From Candidatus Hydrothermota bacterium (GTDB lineage Bacteria; Hydrothermota; Hydrothermia; B15-G9; DRBW01): DNA of 64,000 nt. The stretch spans positions 6,955-70,954 of the forward strand of contig JAGGUL010000031.1 in the NCBI GenBank assembly GCA_021158525.1, written 5' to 3'. The translations under genes were made by a program, and so were the position numbers. Shown here one piece after another: positions 1 to 10,740 of this stretch. Numbering within the stretch: the stretch's first letter is position 1; every line of letters begins with the position of its first letter. The notes under the pieces were generated by a model, which had not been told where the DNA came from, made no database searches, and saw only the letters and a program-made list of their open reading frames with translations.

Positions 1-199
1 GGGGGCTCTCCAACTGAGGGATATAGGCACCATAATCGGTATCCTGCAAGCTCCTCAGAACCTCCTCGGCATCCTTAGCCTCGAGAAGCCTCTCCACCCG
101 CTGACGGTCGAGCAACCTTGTCTCGAGGGCCCTGATCCTGCCCACCGCATAGGCGTAGTCTGTCTTTTCCTTTCCGAAGGGCGGGTACCTTACGAACAT
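1..199 (-). CDS. A/V-type ATP synthase subunit C (N-terminal part; the gene runs off the left edge of the window)
   Basis: The reverse-strand translation from the ATG at 199 reads MFVRYPPFGKEKTDYAYAVGRIRALETRLLDRQRVERLLEAKDAEEVLRSLQDTDYGAYIPQLES. This resembles the N-termini of V/A-type subunit C. It sits where C is expected in an H-I-K-E-C gene order, and its ATG overlaps the TAG of the E gene. Confidence 0.55.
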   Translation of the reverse strand, partial: MFVRYPPFGKEKTDYAYAVGRIRALETRLLDRQRVERLLEAKDAEEVLRSLQDTDYGAYIPQLESP

Positions 200-200
200 C

Positions 201-1270
<1,070 letters not shown>

Positions 1271-3262
1271 TTAACCTTCCGATTCCTCGTCAAGAAAAAC
1301 CGTGAAATAGGCCCTCTTCGCGAGGGGAGTGAAGGGCTTTCCGCCATTCTCATAAAACTTGGTGAAAAACTCCACATATTGAAGACGAAGGCTGTGAACG
1401 AAACCCCCGAGAGCATTGACGGCGATGCTGAAAATGTGCCCGAAGACGAAAACCAGCCCGGCCAGAACATATCCAATCACCGGGAAACCCATAACGAGGC
1501 CCGCGGTGATGTTGACGGCCATCGCTATCCCCGCCGTGACCATGCCGAGGGCCATCAGCCTTACATAAGACAAAAGGTCACCAACAAAACCGATTCCCCC
1601 ATACAGGTTGTAAAGCCCTTTGAGAATCCTTATAACGGGGTTCCTGCTCTTCCCGCCGCTGAAAAAGATGATCAGAAAAACACCAGCGAAGATAAGGAGA
1701 GTCGCCATGGCCTGAAGAGGCCCTCCGAATAGGAAGCTGCCTCCTTTGCCGGCCTTCACATTGGCGAAAACCAGCAACCCGGCCGAGAGCAGGACGATAA
1801 ACCATGCGAGCTCATTGGAAATACCGCCCAGGGCATCGCCGAACCTGAGCTTGTTATAAAATCCCACGAGAAGGCCGAAGAGAAGCTGAATGTAGCCCAG
1901 CGCCAGGGAAAGGTAGAAGAACTTCATGGGTTCTTTCATCGGATCGAAAAGCATAAGGGAGTTCCTGAAGTCCTTCAAAAAGGGCAAAGGAAGCCTCTCT
2001 GGCAGATCGCCGAACCAGCTCCCGGTCATGGCTCCCGCGAGCACGGTGAAGAAAGCGCCGGCCACCAGGATCCACATGAAGTCTTTTCCTCCCCTCATTT
2101 TCTTCATGAGGATGAATCCCAGGATCAGGAGAACTATGCCGTAGGCAGCGTCGGTGAGACAGAGACCAAAGAAAAAGGCAAAGAAAGGAGCGAGGAGCGG
2201 CGTGGGATCCACCTCGGCGTAATTGGGGAGGCCATAAAGCTCGGTGAGCATCTCGAAGGGCCTGAACACCTTCTTGTTTGCGAGATCGACGGGGGGAACC
2301 TCACCGGGCTGGGGTGCCGAACGAGTTATGTAAACCGTTTCAAAGGAAGAAGCCAATTTCTCAAGCCTGTCCCAGTCGCTTCTCCTCACCCAGCCCTTTA
2401 TGACGACCGCTTCCTCCGTGGCCGCAGCACGGTTCTCAGCTCTGTATTTCTCGAGGACCCCGGAATAATAATCATATAAAACCAGCAATTTGTAGGCATC
2501 TTTAGCCAGTTCTCTCGCTTTCTCGGCTATCTCGCTTCTCCGCTGAGCTATCTCCGAGAGCTTCTCCCTCAGGCCCTCAATGATCTCGGCCGGCCTGCCA
2601 GAAAGCCCCTCGAAATCGGCTTCTTCAAATTCAAGAGCCAGGAGCTCCTTACGGACTTCCTCCTCGTCCTTTATCCTGAAAACGAGAAGGAGATAAGACT
2701 TTTTGGCATCCCTGTTGACCTCGACATACTCCAGGGGAAGCTCCCGAAGCGAGTCAAGCTTTTCTATGGGAATTGTCCCGGCGACGACGACGGCCTCATG
2801 ACTGCAGCCGAGTTCTGCCACGTCCATGTCCAGCTTGCTCCAGGGATCAAGCTGGTCGAGCCGATTGAGTAAAGAATTCTCCTCGACTTTGAGGGCTGAC
2901 AGCTCCCTCTCCATCCCCTCCGTGGTATCGAGAAACTCGTCCATCGGAAAAGAGCTGACGATGTCCATGTATTCCTTTCTCGTGAGCTCTATCTTTCCAC
3001 CGAAAATGCCAGCGAGGAAACCTCTCTTGGGGATATAGGGCTTCAGAAAACCGTGGCTCCTTTTAAGCCTGGAGAGGAGGGCCTCGAGCTCACCCTCATT
3101 CCTCTCCTCCGGGCTGAGAAGCTCCCTGACTTCTTCGATCGAGGTGTCAGACCGGAGATCCGAAATGTGAACGATGGAGGCCTTCTGGAGCTCCTCCAGA
3201 AAGGAATCTTTCTCGCTTTTGTGCAGCAGAATTACGACCTGATCAACCCGGGCGACGGCCAT
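1271..3262 (-). CDS. A/V-type ATP synthase subunit I (a-subunit, 116-kDa family)
   Basis: 663 aa with a soluble coiled-coil N-terminal half and a polytopic C-terminal half. The conserved Arg-containing helix (VHSLRLQYVEFFTKFY) is typical of subunit I. Confidence 0.75.
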   Translation of the reverse strand: MAVARVDQVVILLHKSEKDSFLEELQKASIVHISDLRSDTSIEEVRELLSPEERNEGELEALLSRLKRSHGFLKPYIPKRGFLAGIFGGKIELTRKEYMDIVSSFPMDEFLDTTEGMERELSALKVEENSLLNRLDQLDPWSKLDMDVAELGCSHEAVVVAGTIPIEKLDSLRELPLEYVEVNRDAKKSYLLLVFRIKDEEEVRKELLALEFEEADFEGLSGRPAEIIEGLREKLSEIAQRRSEIAEKARELAKDAYKLLVLYDYYSGVLEKYRAENRAAATEEAVVIKGWVRRSDWDRLEKLASSFETVYITRSAPQPGEVPPVDLANKKVFRPFEMLTELYGLPNYAEVDPTPLLAPFFAFFFGLCLTDAAYGIVLLILGFILMKKMRGGKDFMWILVAGAFFTVLAGAMTGSWFGDLPERLPLPFLKDFRNSLMLFDPMKEPMKFFYLSLALGYIQLLFGLLVGFYNKLRFGDALGGISNELAWFIVLLSAGLLVFANVKAGKGGSFLFGGPLQAMATLLIFAGVFLIIFFSGGKSRNPVIRILKGLYNLYGGIGFVGDLLSYVRLMALGMVTAGIAMAVNITAGLVMGFPVIGYVLAGLVFVFGHIFSIAVNALGGFVHSLRLQYVEFFTKFYENGGKPFTPLAKRAYFTVFLDEESEG

Positions 3263-3573
3263 TATCCGATAATTTCCTTCAGCACCCTCTCCACAGCTTT
3301 TCCTATTCTCTCACGAGCTCTCGCCTCAAGTTCCTTTACCTCATCCGCTTTCTGTGCCCTCAACTTCTCGAGTTCTTTCTCAGCCTCTTTGCGGGCCTTT
3401 TCTATCGCCTCCTGGATGATCGCCTTCTTCTCCTCCTCAGCCTTCTCAGCTATTTCCCTGGCCTTTGACCTTGCCTCGGCGAGAATCTCCTCGGCCTTCG
3501 CCCTGCTCTCATCTACGATCCTCTTTGCCTCTTCTTCGGCCTTTTTGATATCCTTTATCAATTCTACAGGCAT
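3262..3573 (-). CDS. A/V-type ATP synthase small stator subunit (H/G-like)
   Basis: 103 aa, entirely a charged coiled coil (AEEEAKRIVDESRAKAEEILAEARSKAREIAEKAEEEKK). It is the first gene of the operon and its stop/start overlaps the subunit I gene. Confidence 0.5.
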   Translation of the reverse strand: MPVELIKDIKKAEEEAKRIVDESRAKAEEILAEARSKAREIAEKAEEEKKAIIQEAIEKARKEAEKELEKLRAQKADEVKELEARARERIGKAVERVLKEIIG

Positions 3574-3619
3574 GAAAACCTCCGCATGGGCTTTATTTTA
3601 AATAAAAGCCGAAGGGGGG

Positions 3620-4522
3620 TCAAGAAGCCTGGTGAACCACAAGGACATCGGCCCTCGACGCTCTCAGAACTTTCTCCGTTATGCTACCCATGAACAGCCT
3701 CTTGAGGCCCGATTGCCCTCTTTTCCCCATTATTACCAGGTCTGCCCTTTCCGAAGCCTCGGCTATGTTCTTGTCGGCATCGCCCTTTTTGACCTCAGGA
3801 ACGGCCCCAGACAGGCCGAGATCGGCGAGCCAGTCGGTCAGCCTCTTCTCTATCTCTGCCCTCAGCTTTTCCTCGCTCCTGTCGAGCTCGATTTTGCTCT
3901 CCGAGGAAAGGGCGAGTTTGGCGAAATCCGGCATTACATAAAGGGCCCTGACCTTCGACTGAAGCTTATCGGCGAAATAAGCTGCCCATAGGGCCGCTTT
4001 CTTTGAGTTCTCCGAAAAATCGACAGCGAGGAGTATCTCCTGAAATCCATCGGCTCTGTCCTCGAGCTTCTTGACGACCAGCACCGGAAAATCGGCGCCC
4101 CTTATTATTCCCTCAGAAATCCCGCCCAGCGAGAGAAACTTGGGGAGATCCGAATATCCGTGCGAGCCTATAATTCCCATGTCAGCTCCGATCCGCTCTG
4201 CATAGGAAAGGTACCCTTCCTTGGGATTTCCGGTCAAGACGAAGACATCCACTTCCCTGACGCCGTCGGCCTTCAGTTTCTCCGCGAGCTTGAGCAGGGA
4301 CTCCTCGGCCTGTTTCTCGAGTTCTTCCTCGATTGAGAATGAAGTCCAGCCCGATATGATGCCTTCAGGATCGAGGGGAAGCTCCAGGGGCGGGACGATA
4401 TGGACAAGGTGCACCGCAGAGTCAAAAGCCTTCCCCAGCTGGGAGGCCACATGAACCAAAGGGTCGGTGAAGGTAGAAAAATCGATACCCACGAGGATCT
4501 TTTTGACATTAATTTCTGTCAT
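3620..4522 (-). CDS. Universal stress protein, tandem UspA domains
   Basis: 300 aa with two UspA-like halves. Each ends in an ATP-binding-type motif (VLVVKK..., GSHGYSDLPKFLSLGGISEGIIRGADFPVLVV and VIMGKRGQSGLKRLFMGSITEKVLRASRADVLVV). Confidence 0.7.
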   Translation of the reverse strand: MTEINVKKILVGIDFSTFTDPLVHVASQLGKAFDSAVHLVHIVPPLELPLDPEGIISGWTSFSIEEELEKQAEESLLKLAEKLKADGVREVDVFVLTGNPKEGYLSYAERIGADMGIIGSHGYSDLPKFLSLGGISEGIIRGADFPVLVVKKLEDRADGFQEILLAVDFSENSKKAALWAAYFADKLQSKVRALYVMPDFAKLALSSESKIELDRSEEKLRAEIEKRLTDWLADLGLSGAVPEVKKGDADKNIAEASERADLVIMGKRGQSGLKRLFMGSITEKVLRASRADVLVVHQAS

Positions 4523-4659
4523 AATTTCCTCCCTTCAAAATTTTTACGGACAGGAATCCGGAGAGCCCGGGGCCCCGAGTTGAGAGCCCAGATCTGGATA
4601 AGTTCTTCACGTTAAAATTCTAAAGGATGGCCTTTAAAATGACAATGAGGGCATAGATT

Positions 4660-5112
4660 TCAGCGAAGGAAGGCGAGAAAGGCGAAGATGGCCGATAGAC
4701 CCGAGAGGGCAAGGACAAAGTAGATGAGCATTATCGCCCTTTTGATCGATCGCCTGTATTCCTCCCCCATCGATTCGAGACGCCCGGATAGCTCTTCGAG
4801 GCGTTTCAGCGCTTCTCCGGTGACGTTCTCGAGGTCATCGAGCTTCCCCATGGAAACGTCAAGAGCCTCCTCAGATCTCTCGAGTTTCTCTACGATCTCG
4901 GGCCCCTTCAACCCGAGGAAACCATCCACAACTTTAAAATGTCCCCGCGCCACTTCCTCGAGCATGGAAACGATATTTTTCAGGCTTTCCCTTACATCTC
5001 TGAGGTTATCGGAGGTCGTCTTAAAAAGGTCGATCTCTGCCTTCAGCTTCACCAGGGTTTCAGCGAGACTTCTCGCAATCTCCTCGGCCTTGAGAAAATT
5101 TTCCCTGCCCAT
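4660..5112 (-). CDS. Hypothetical coiled-coil protein with a C-terminal membrane anchor
   Basis: 150 aa with heptad-like charged repeats, then a hydrophobic tail (IMLIYFVLALSGLSAIFAFLAFL). I recognise no family. Confidence 0.35.
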   Translation of the reverse strand: MGRENFLKAEEIARSLAETLVKLKAEIDLFKTTSDNLRDVRESLKNIVSMLEEVARGHFKVVDGFLGLKGPEIVEKLERSEEALDVSMGKLDDLENVTGEALKRLEELSGRLESMGEEYRRSIKRAIMLIYFVLALSGLSAIFAFLAFLR

Positions 5113-5152
5113 GATCTTATTATACCGCTAAAAACATCGGCTTAAAACGGCG

Positions 5153-8100
5153 TCATCGGGACAAAATGCCTTCACACAGCTTACCCAGCCTGGAAAGAAG
5201 CTCCCAGGCTGGGATCTCGGAGAGGTCATCGGGAAGTCTCTCTATCCACTTCCTGAGCGACGATCGGGAGCTCTCCGATGCCACGTCCATCATCAAGCGT
5301 AATGCGAACTCTTCATCCCTTTCGGCGATGGCTCTGAGAGCCCAGACTCCGAAATCAACCACTTCCTCATCGCTCCTTGCATATCTCTCGACGGCATTCT
5401 TCAGTGAGGCCAGGAAATCCTCGCGGGCAGTCTCCCTGTCACCCTCCCTGCAGTAGATCTCGGAGATGGCTCTCAACATGAGAAGGGCCGGGTGATCGGG
5501 GTAGCTCTCCAGATAACGGATAACCTGCCCCCTGAGCTCGGCTGCGTCGTTCAGAGACCTGATTTTCCCGAAAAGGTCCCTGCACTTCTGAAATCCGACA
5601 TCGGGAGATGTTATTATATCCTCAAGGTCCTCTGTGAACTCCGTGGCCTCCAGATAGCGCAAAATGCGGTCCCGAATATCCCTGTCGGTGGGGCGACCCT
5701 CGCACAGGAGCAGCATCTCCTGCAACGCCCTCCTTCTGCTTCGCTCTATCACGTCGTATATGAAATTCAAAAGAAGCCCGATCACTCCCATGACAAAATC
5801 GACGTAGGGAAGATGTAGCAAGCTCCTGGCCTTCCCTTCCTCCACCTCCCTCCTCGAGTGAAGGTAGCTCTCTATATATTTGCCGTAGGTCTCGATTATC
5901 TTCTCCCTGTCGTACCCCGAGAGATAAACGGTGAAGATATTCCTTGAGTAATCGATGGTATAATCTGCCACGACGCCTATTAATAGCAGGCGGTGAAGCG
6001 CCTTCTCTATGGCAGGCCTCCTTTCTTCGTCGGCATGAAGGAGCTTCTTGCCTTCCATCGAAATATCCTCGAGCTCTCCGATTACCTTTCTGATCTCCTC
6101 CTTTTCGCTTTTTATACCCCTGAAAGATCTGGTGTGAAGATACAGCACTCTGGTTACGTCGTCATTATCGTCCCATTTCAGCTTCTCCAGCTGGCGCTGG
6201 ATCTCCTCAACGAGCGTATTGGGATCGAGAAGGAATCGGGACCTGCCCGGGTTATCCACGGAAACCATGATCGTGCAATAGGCCTTCTTTCTGTCCCTGC
6301 CCGCCCTGCCGGCCTCCTGATAGAATGCCTCTATGGAGGGCGGAAGGCCGTAATGTACGGTGAAGCGGATGTTTGGTTTATCGATTCCCATACCGAAGGC
6401 CTTTGTGCAAACGAGGAGCGGGATCTCGTTTCTCTTGAATTCCCTGAGCACCCTGCTCTTATAATCCCTGTATTCCTCTGGATCGCGCCCCTTCGGCTCC
6501 TTCCCGCTGTAGATGTCTGCGGGTATCCCGAGCTCCCTCCGAATGTAATCGGCTACCCCCTCTACGCCAAATTCACCGTTGACGTGCAGACAGAAAATAA
6601 GACCCGAATGGGTATCTTTGCCTCGCGGGACGTATAGTTCTTCCGTGCTCAAGCCGAAAAGGGAGGGCAGTTTCCTCATCAGGTAGTCCCTGAGAACCGC
6701 AGGCTTGGCCGCGGATTTCGAATGGATCACGGAGAATCTGAGCTCGGGCCTGTCGAAGGTTCTGGGAGTGATTATGGCCTCGAAATCCTCGATCCCGAGC
6801 TCCCTCTGGATGTCCTTGAGGACGGCGCGCGAGGCGGTCCCCGTCAGGGCGAGAAGGGGCGGCGTCTTCCTGAAAGACCGGCAGTACTCGCGGCTCGTCC
6901 TTCCTATGTTCAGATAGGCCGTCCTGAAATCATGCCCCCATTCGGAAACGCAGTGTGCCTCATCCACCACAATGAGGGCGATGGGCGTGTGTTCGGTCAG
7001 AGACCTGAGGGAATTCCTGAATTCCTGGGTCTGGAACCGCTCAGGAGCGACAAAGGCAAATATATACTCCCCTTTCCCAAAAAGAGAAAGAGCCCGCGCC
7101 CTGTGTTCGGGGCTCTCGAGCTGGCTTGTAATGACTATGCAGCGGCCTATCCCGGCCGCTGACAGGTTATCTATCTGATCTTCCATGAGCGAGATAATAG
7201 GGTCTATCACCACTGTCCTGCCCGGCAGCAACATGGAAGCAAGCTGGTACACCAGGGATTTCCCCGCTCCGGTGGGCAAAAGGAGCAGGGTGTCCCTGCC
7301 TGACATCGCCCTCTTTATCCCCTCAAACTGTCCCTCCCAGAAATCCTCCTTTCGGAAGAGGTAGCGCAGAAAATAGCGCAGGTCCTCGATCGACGGTTCT
7401 TCAAGGTCCCTGATCAGCGGAGAGACCGGAAAAGATCTATGGGCTATGTGAAATGGAAAGTAGGCATCGCCCAATTCTATCGTGGGAAGCCCGGGGTTAT
7501 CGCTGCCCGTGAAGGAAACGAATATCGCGTTTTCCGAGAGGGGGATCCTGCCTTCTTGTATGAGTTCCACCTTAACCTGCGGGATCGGCTCTCTCATTGA
7601 GTAGAAACTCAACAGCCTTGCAAATGTCTCCGCGAAGTCAAAAGCGGCCTCCTCGGCCAGAAAAATCGCCTCGTCGTCATCGAAGAGCCCTGTTCTGTGC
7701 AGATCGGTGTAGATCCTCCACTCCCTGTTTTCCCCAAGGGTCAAAAACCCCTCTGAGATCCCCAGGAAGAGGGCAAATTGCAGCTCGTGGGCAAACTTGA
7801 AGGAATAGGCAAGCCTCGCGAGACCCAGAGGAGGTCTCGATGTCCCCGAAAGCAGACCTCTGATCTCCCCGAGCAGGCCGTACTTCTCTGCAATATCATC
7901 GGCATCCATCTCCATCAGGTCCCGGGCTTTTATTCGAAGGACCTGGTAGCCAGCCCTGGCGAGATCATCATATTTTTTCTCCTCATCGATGGGGGTCCTG
8001 CCCTCTATCTCCACGGCCAGGGGATTCCAGATAAGGGGGTGGAAGAAAGCGAAGTCCACCCTCTGCAATTCCCTCACCCGCGTCGCTGTCTCCTCGTCTA

Positions 8101-8578
8101 TGAGGCTGGAAAGGGAAATTCCCGGAACTACGAACTGAACGAAGTTTCGGCCAAAAACGTAGGGACAAACCTCACCGTAAAAAATAGCTTCTTCAGTCCT
8201 GTCGAAATCCCCGGGATCTCCGCTTCTCTCGTAGCCGGAGAGAAAGGCCGAAAGATACGGATCAGCTTTCAGCTCTGTCCCATCTCCAAACCTCTCCAAA
8301 AGCTCCCCCTCAAGAGAGGGAGACAGAAGAGTGATCCTTCCGCGGGTCAGGATCTTCTCGAGAACCGACAGAACCTGTTTTGTCTTCTCGTCGAGAAAGG
8401 AACCTCCTCTGTCGGGATAATCGATCCGCCACTGGGCAAGGGCATTCAGAAGCCTCTCGTCGATCCCTCCTGCATTGAGGTACTCGAGGATCGTTGCGGG
8501 CACGGCTGCGCTCTCCACAAACCGAACCTTCTTATCCCTTCTCCTGCTCGAAGCCTTTATCGTTCTCGGAAAAAACAT
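5153..8578 (-). CDS. RecQ-family DEAD/DEAH-box helicase with an N-terminal Vsr/DUF559-like (PD-(D/E)XK) nuclease domain and a long C-terminal helical domain
   Basis: 1141 aa. Helicase motif I is LLLLPTGAGKSLVYQL, motif II is VVDEAHCVSEWGHDFR, and motif VI is EAGRAGRD, all of RecQ type. The N-terminus carries a DUF559-type signature (VDFAFF...LAVEIEGRTP...YDDLARAGYQVLRIKARDL). No RQC or HRDC signature is evident after the core. Confidence 0.7.
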   Translation of the reverse strand: MFFPRTIKASSRRRDKKVRFVESAAVPATILEYLNAGGIDERLLNALAQWRIDYPDRGGSFLDEKTKQVLSVLEKILTRGRITLLSPSLEGELLERFGDGTELKADPYLSAFLSGYERSGDPGDFDRTEEAIFYGEVCPYVFGRNFVQFVVPGISLSSLIDEETATRVRELQRVDFAFFHPLIWNPLAVEIEGRTPIDEEKKYDDLARAGYQVLRIKARDLMEMDADDIAEKYGLLGEIRGLLSGTSRPPLGLARLAYSFKFAHELQFALFLGISEGFLTLGENREWRIYTDLHRTGLFDDDEAIFLAEEAAFDFAETFARLLSFYSMREPIPQVKVELIQEGRIPLSENAIFVSFTGSDNPGLPTIELGDAYFPFHIAHRSFPVSPLIRDLEEPSIEDLRYFLRYLFRKEDFWEGQFEGIKRAMSGRDTLLLLPTGAGKSLVYQLASMLLPGRTVVIDPIISLMEDQIDNLSAAGIGRCIVITSQLESPEHRARALSLFGKGEYIFAFVAPERFQTQEFRNSLRSLTEHTPIALIVVDEAHCVSEWGHDFRTAYLNIGRTSREYCRSFRKTPPLLALTGTASRAVLKDIQRELGIEDFEAIITPRTFDRPELRFSVIHSKSAAKPAVLRDYLMRKLPSLFGLSTEELYVPRGKDTHSGLIFCLHVNGEFGVEGVADYIRRELGIPADIYSGKEPKGRDPEEYRDYKSRVLREFKRNEIPLLVCTKAFGMGIDKPNIRFTVHYGLPPSIEAFYQEAGRAGRDRKKAYCTIMVSVDNPGRSRFLLDPNTLVEEIQRQLEKLKWDDNDDVTRVLYLHTRSFRGIKSEKEEIRKVIGELEDISMEGKKLLHADEERRPAIEKALHRLLLIGVVADYTIDYSRNIFTVYLSGYDREKIIETYGKYIESYLHSRREVEEGKARSLLHLPYVDFVMGVIGLLLNFIYDVIERSRRRALQEMLLLCEGRPTDRDIRDRILRYLEATEFTEDLEDIITSPDVGFQKCRDLFGKIRSLNDAAELRGQVIRYLESYPDHPALLMLRAISEIYCREGDRETAREDFLASLKNAVERYARSDEEVVDFGVWALRAIAERDEEFALRLMMDVASESSRSSLRKWIERLPDDLSEIPAWELLSRLGKLCEGILSR

Positions 8579-8797
8579 GACTCATATATCCTGATTTTCT
8601 GGCTATCTCCTCACTCACGCTATTCTATTCAAACTTCTATCTGCTGTCAACTCGATCAGAGCGCCGCCTGCTTCCCTCCAATGGATCTCCGGAACAGACA
8701 GCCTGGCAATCGAGAGCCCTTCCCTTCAGATTGAAATCTGCCATATGAGGGGGCCTTTAAAATTGACTATCTCAAGCCCCGAACTTAAAATAGGCAC

Positions 8798-10237
8798 ATG
8801 GAACTTCATCGGCTCCCCATACATGAGCTCCACGGCCTCCTCAGGAAAGGAGAGGTAAAGGTCTCCGAGATCCTCGAGGATGTCATAACCGTTATCGAAG
8901 AGAGGGAAAAGGAGATCAACGTCTATATCAGCCTCTTTCTCGAGGAGGCCCGGGAGAAGGCACTGGAACTGGATGAGAGGATCAACAGCGACATACACTA
9001 CCTCTTCGGAATCCCTGTCGCCGTGAAGGACAACATCGTCATGAATGTGGGTGAAACCACCTGCGCTTCCAGGATACTTCTGGGATACAAAGCCCCCTAT
9101 ACGGCGACAGCGGTGAAAAAGCTCACGGACAAAAACGCCATCATCACGGGGAAAACCAATCTCGATGAGTTCGCTATGGGCTCCACCGGTGAGTACTCTC
9201 ATTTCGGCCCCACCAGAAACCCCTTGGCACCCGAACGGGTGACCGGCGGTTCCTCAAGCGGTTCGGCTGCAGCCGTGGCTGCAGGGGAGGCGATAGCGGC
9301 CCTGGGCTCCGATACGGGGGGATCGGTCCGTCTGCCGGCTGCTTACACCGGCACTGTTGGCTTTAAACCTACCTACGGCCGTGTTTCCCGCTACGGCCTT
9401 GTAGCTTTTGCCTCTTCACTTGATCAGATCTCGGTCATAACCCGGGACGTGAAAGACGCTGCGATAATGTTCACGGCTATCTCCGGATTCGACCCCCACG
9501 ACTCCACCTCGGCGAAATTCGAGGTTCCTTCTTTCGATGAGATCTTCTCCCAATCCCCCAGGGGATTCAAAGTGGGACTTCCCTCCGAATATTTTGTCGA
9601 GGGAATAGAACCGGAGATAAGGGACAGGGTTCTCAAAGCTGCCGAACTGCTCGCACAAAACGGGTTCACCGTGAAGGAAATATCCATGCCCCACACGAAG
9701 TACGCCGTCGCGGTCTATTACCTGATAGCCACAAGCGAGGCTTCCTCGAATCTCGCCCGGTACGATGGTGTACGTTACGGCTTCAGAGCACCCGATGCCG
9801 ACGACCTCGATTCTCTCTATGAGCTGACCCGTACCGGCGGCTTCGGCGAGGAGGTCAAGCGAAGAATCTTGCTGGGCACCTTCGCCCTGTCGGCCGGCTA
9901 CTACGAGGCATACTACCTCAAAGCCCAAAAGGCCCGTCGCCTCATCAGGGAAGATTTCGACAGGGCCTTCGAGGATGTGGACCTGATTCTGGCGCCCACC
10001 CAGCCCGCTCCTCCACCCCTCATCGGAGAGAAGATAGAAGATCCACTTTCCGTTTATCTCCTCGACATCTACACTGTGACGGCAAACCTGGCTGGTCTGC
10101 CCGCCATATCCATACCCTGTGACAGGACGGAAGATGGATTACCTATCGGCCTTCAGTTCATAGGAAGGGCCTTTGATGAGAAAACCCTGCTCAGGGCGGC
10201 CGCCAGGGCGGAGTCTATTTTCGCTTTTCGTCCTTGA
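8798..10237 (+). CDS. gatA: Glutamyl-tRNA(Gln) amidotransferase subunit A
   Basis: 479 aa with the amidase signature (GGSSSGSAAAVAAGEAIAALGSDTGGSVRLPAAYTG) and a typical GatA N-terminus (HELHGLLRKGEVKVSEI). Confidence 0.85.
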   Translation: MELHRLPIHELHGLLRKGEVKVSEILEDVITVIEEREKEINVYISLFLEEAREKALELDERINSDIHYLFGIPVAVKDNIVMNVGETTCASRILLGYKAPYTATAVKKLTDKNAIITGKTNLDEFAMGSTGEYSHFGPTRNPLAPERVTGGSSSGSAAAVAAGEAIAALGSDTGGSVRLPAAYTGTVGFKPTYGRVSRYGLVAFASSLDQISVITRDVKDAAIMFTAISGFDPHDSTSAKFEVPSFDEIFSQSPRGFKVGLPSEYFVEGIEPEIRDRVLKAAELLAQNGFTVKEISMPHTKYAVAVYYLIATSEASSNLARYDGVRYGFRAPDADDLDSLYELTRTGGFGEEVKRRILLGTFALSAGYYEAYYLKAQKARRLIREDFDRAFEDVDLILAPTQPAPPPLIGEKIEDPLSVYLLDIYTVTANLAGLPAISIPCDRTEDGLPIGLQFIGRAFDEKTLLRAAARAESIFAFRP

Positions 10238-10667
10238 AAAGCTCCTTCTGGCACTCGGAGCAATAGCCATAAACGTTGAAGGAATACCTGCTTACCTTGA
10301 AATTTCTTTCCCTGGCTATTTCGTCCACGACCTTTTCTATGAGGTCGGACTTGAATTCCTCTATTTTCCCACATCTGAGACAGATCAGGTGATTGTGGGA
10401 CTCAAGTCCGAGAATGAACTCGTAAAATTTCTTACCCCTTCCAAAGTCATGCTCCTCGATTATGTGGTTCTCCACAAGAAGGTTGAGAGTCCTGTACACG
10501 GTGGCCCTGGATATCTGCACCCTGTCCTTCAAACTCTCGTAAATATCCTGGGCGCTGAAATGAGACCTCGTGGAAAATATCTTTTTTGCGAGGGCTTCCC
10601 TCTGCTTTGTGAACTTCAAGCCTTTCTCCTTCAGAATGTCCCGAAAAACTCTAAGTGCTGATCGCAT
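10215..10667 (-). CDS. fur: Fur-family transcriptional regulator
   Basis: 150 aa with a winged-helix N-terminus and metal-site motifs (HDHLICLRCGKIEEF ... CSEC). It is divergent from the GGDEF-STAND gene. Confidence 0.8.
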   Translation of the reverse strand: MRSALRVFRDILKEKGLKFTKQREALAKKIFSTRSHFSAQDIYESLKDRVQISRATVYRTLNLLVENHIIEEHDFGRGKKFYEFILGLESHNHLICLRCGKIEEFKSDLIEKVVDEIARERNFKVSRYSFNVYGYCSECQKELFKDEKRK

Positions 10668-10740
10668 AAGGGAAATTTAACATCACACCTTTTCCTTGTC
10701 AAGGGTTCGCGTATTAATTTAAAATAACATTCTAAACCAC

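Noticed and set aside
10668-10740. Fur box in the fur / GGDEF-STAND divergent promoter region
   Set aside because: The region is AT-rich (ttaatttaaaataacattc) but does not match GATAATGATAATCATTATC convincingly. I cannot support a site call by eye.
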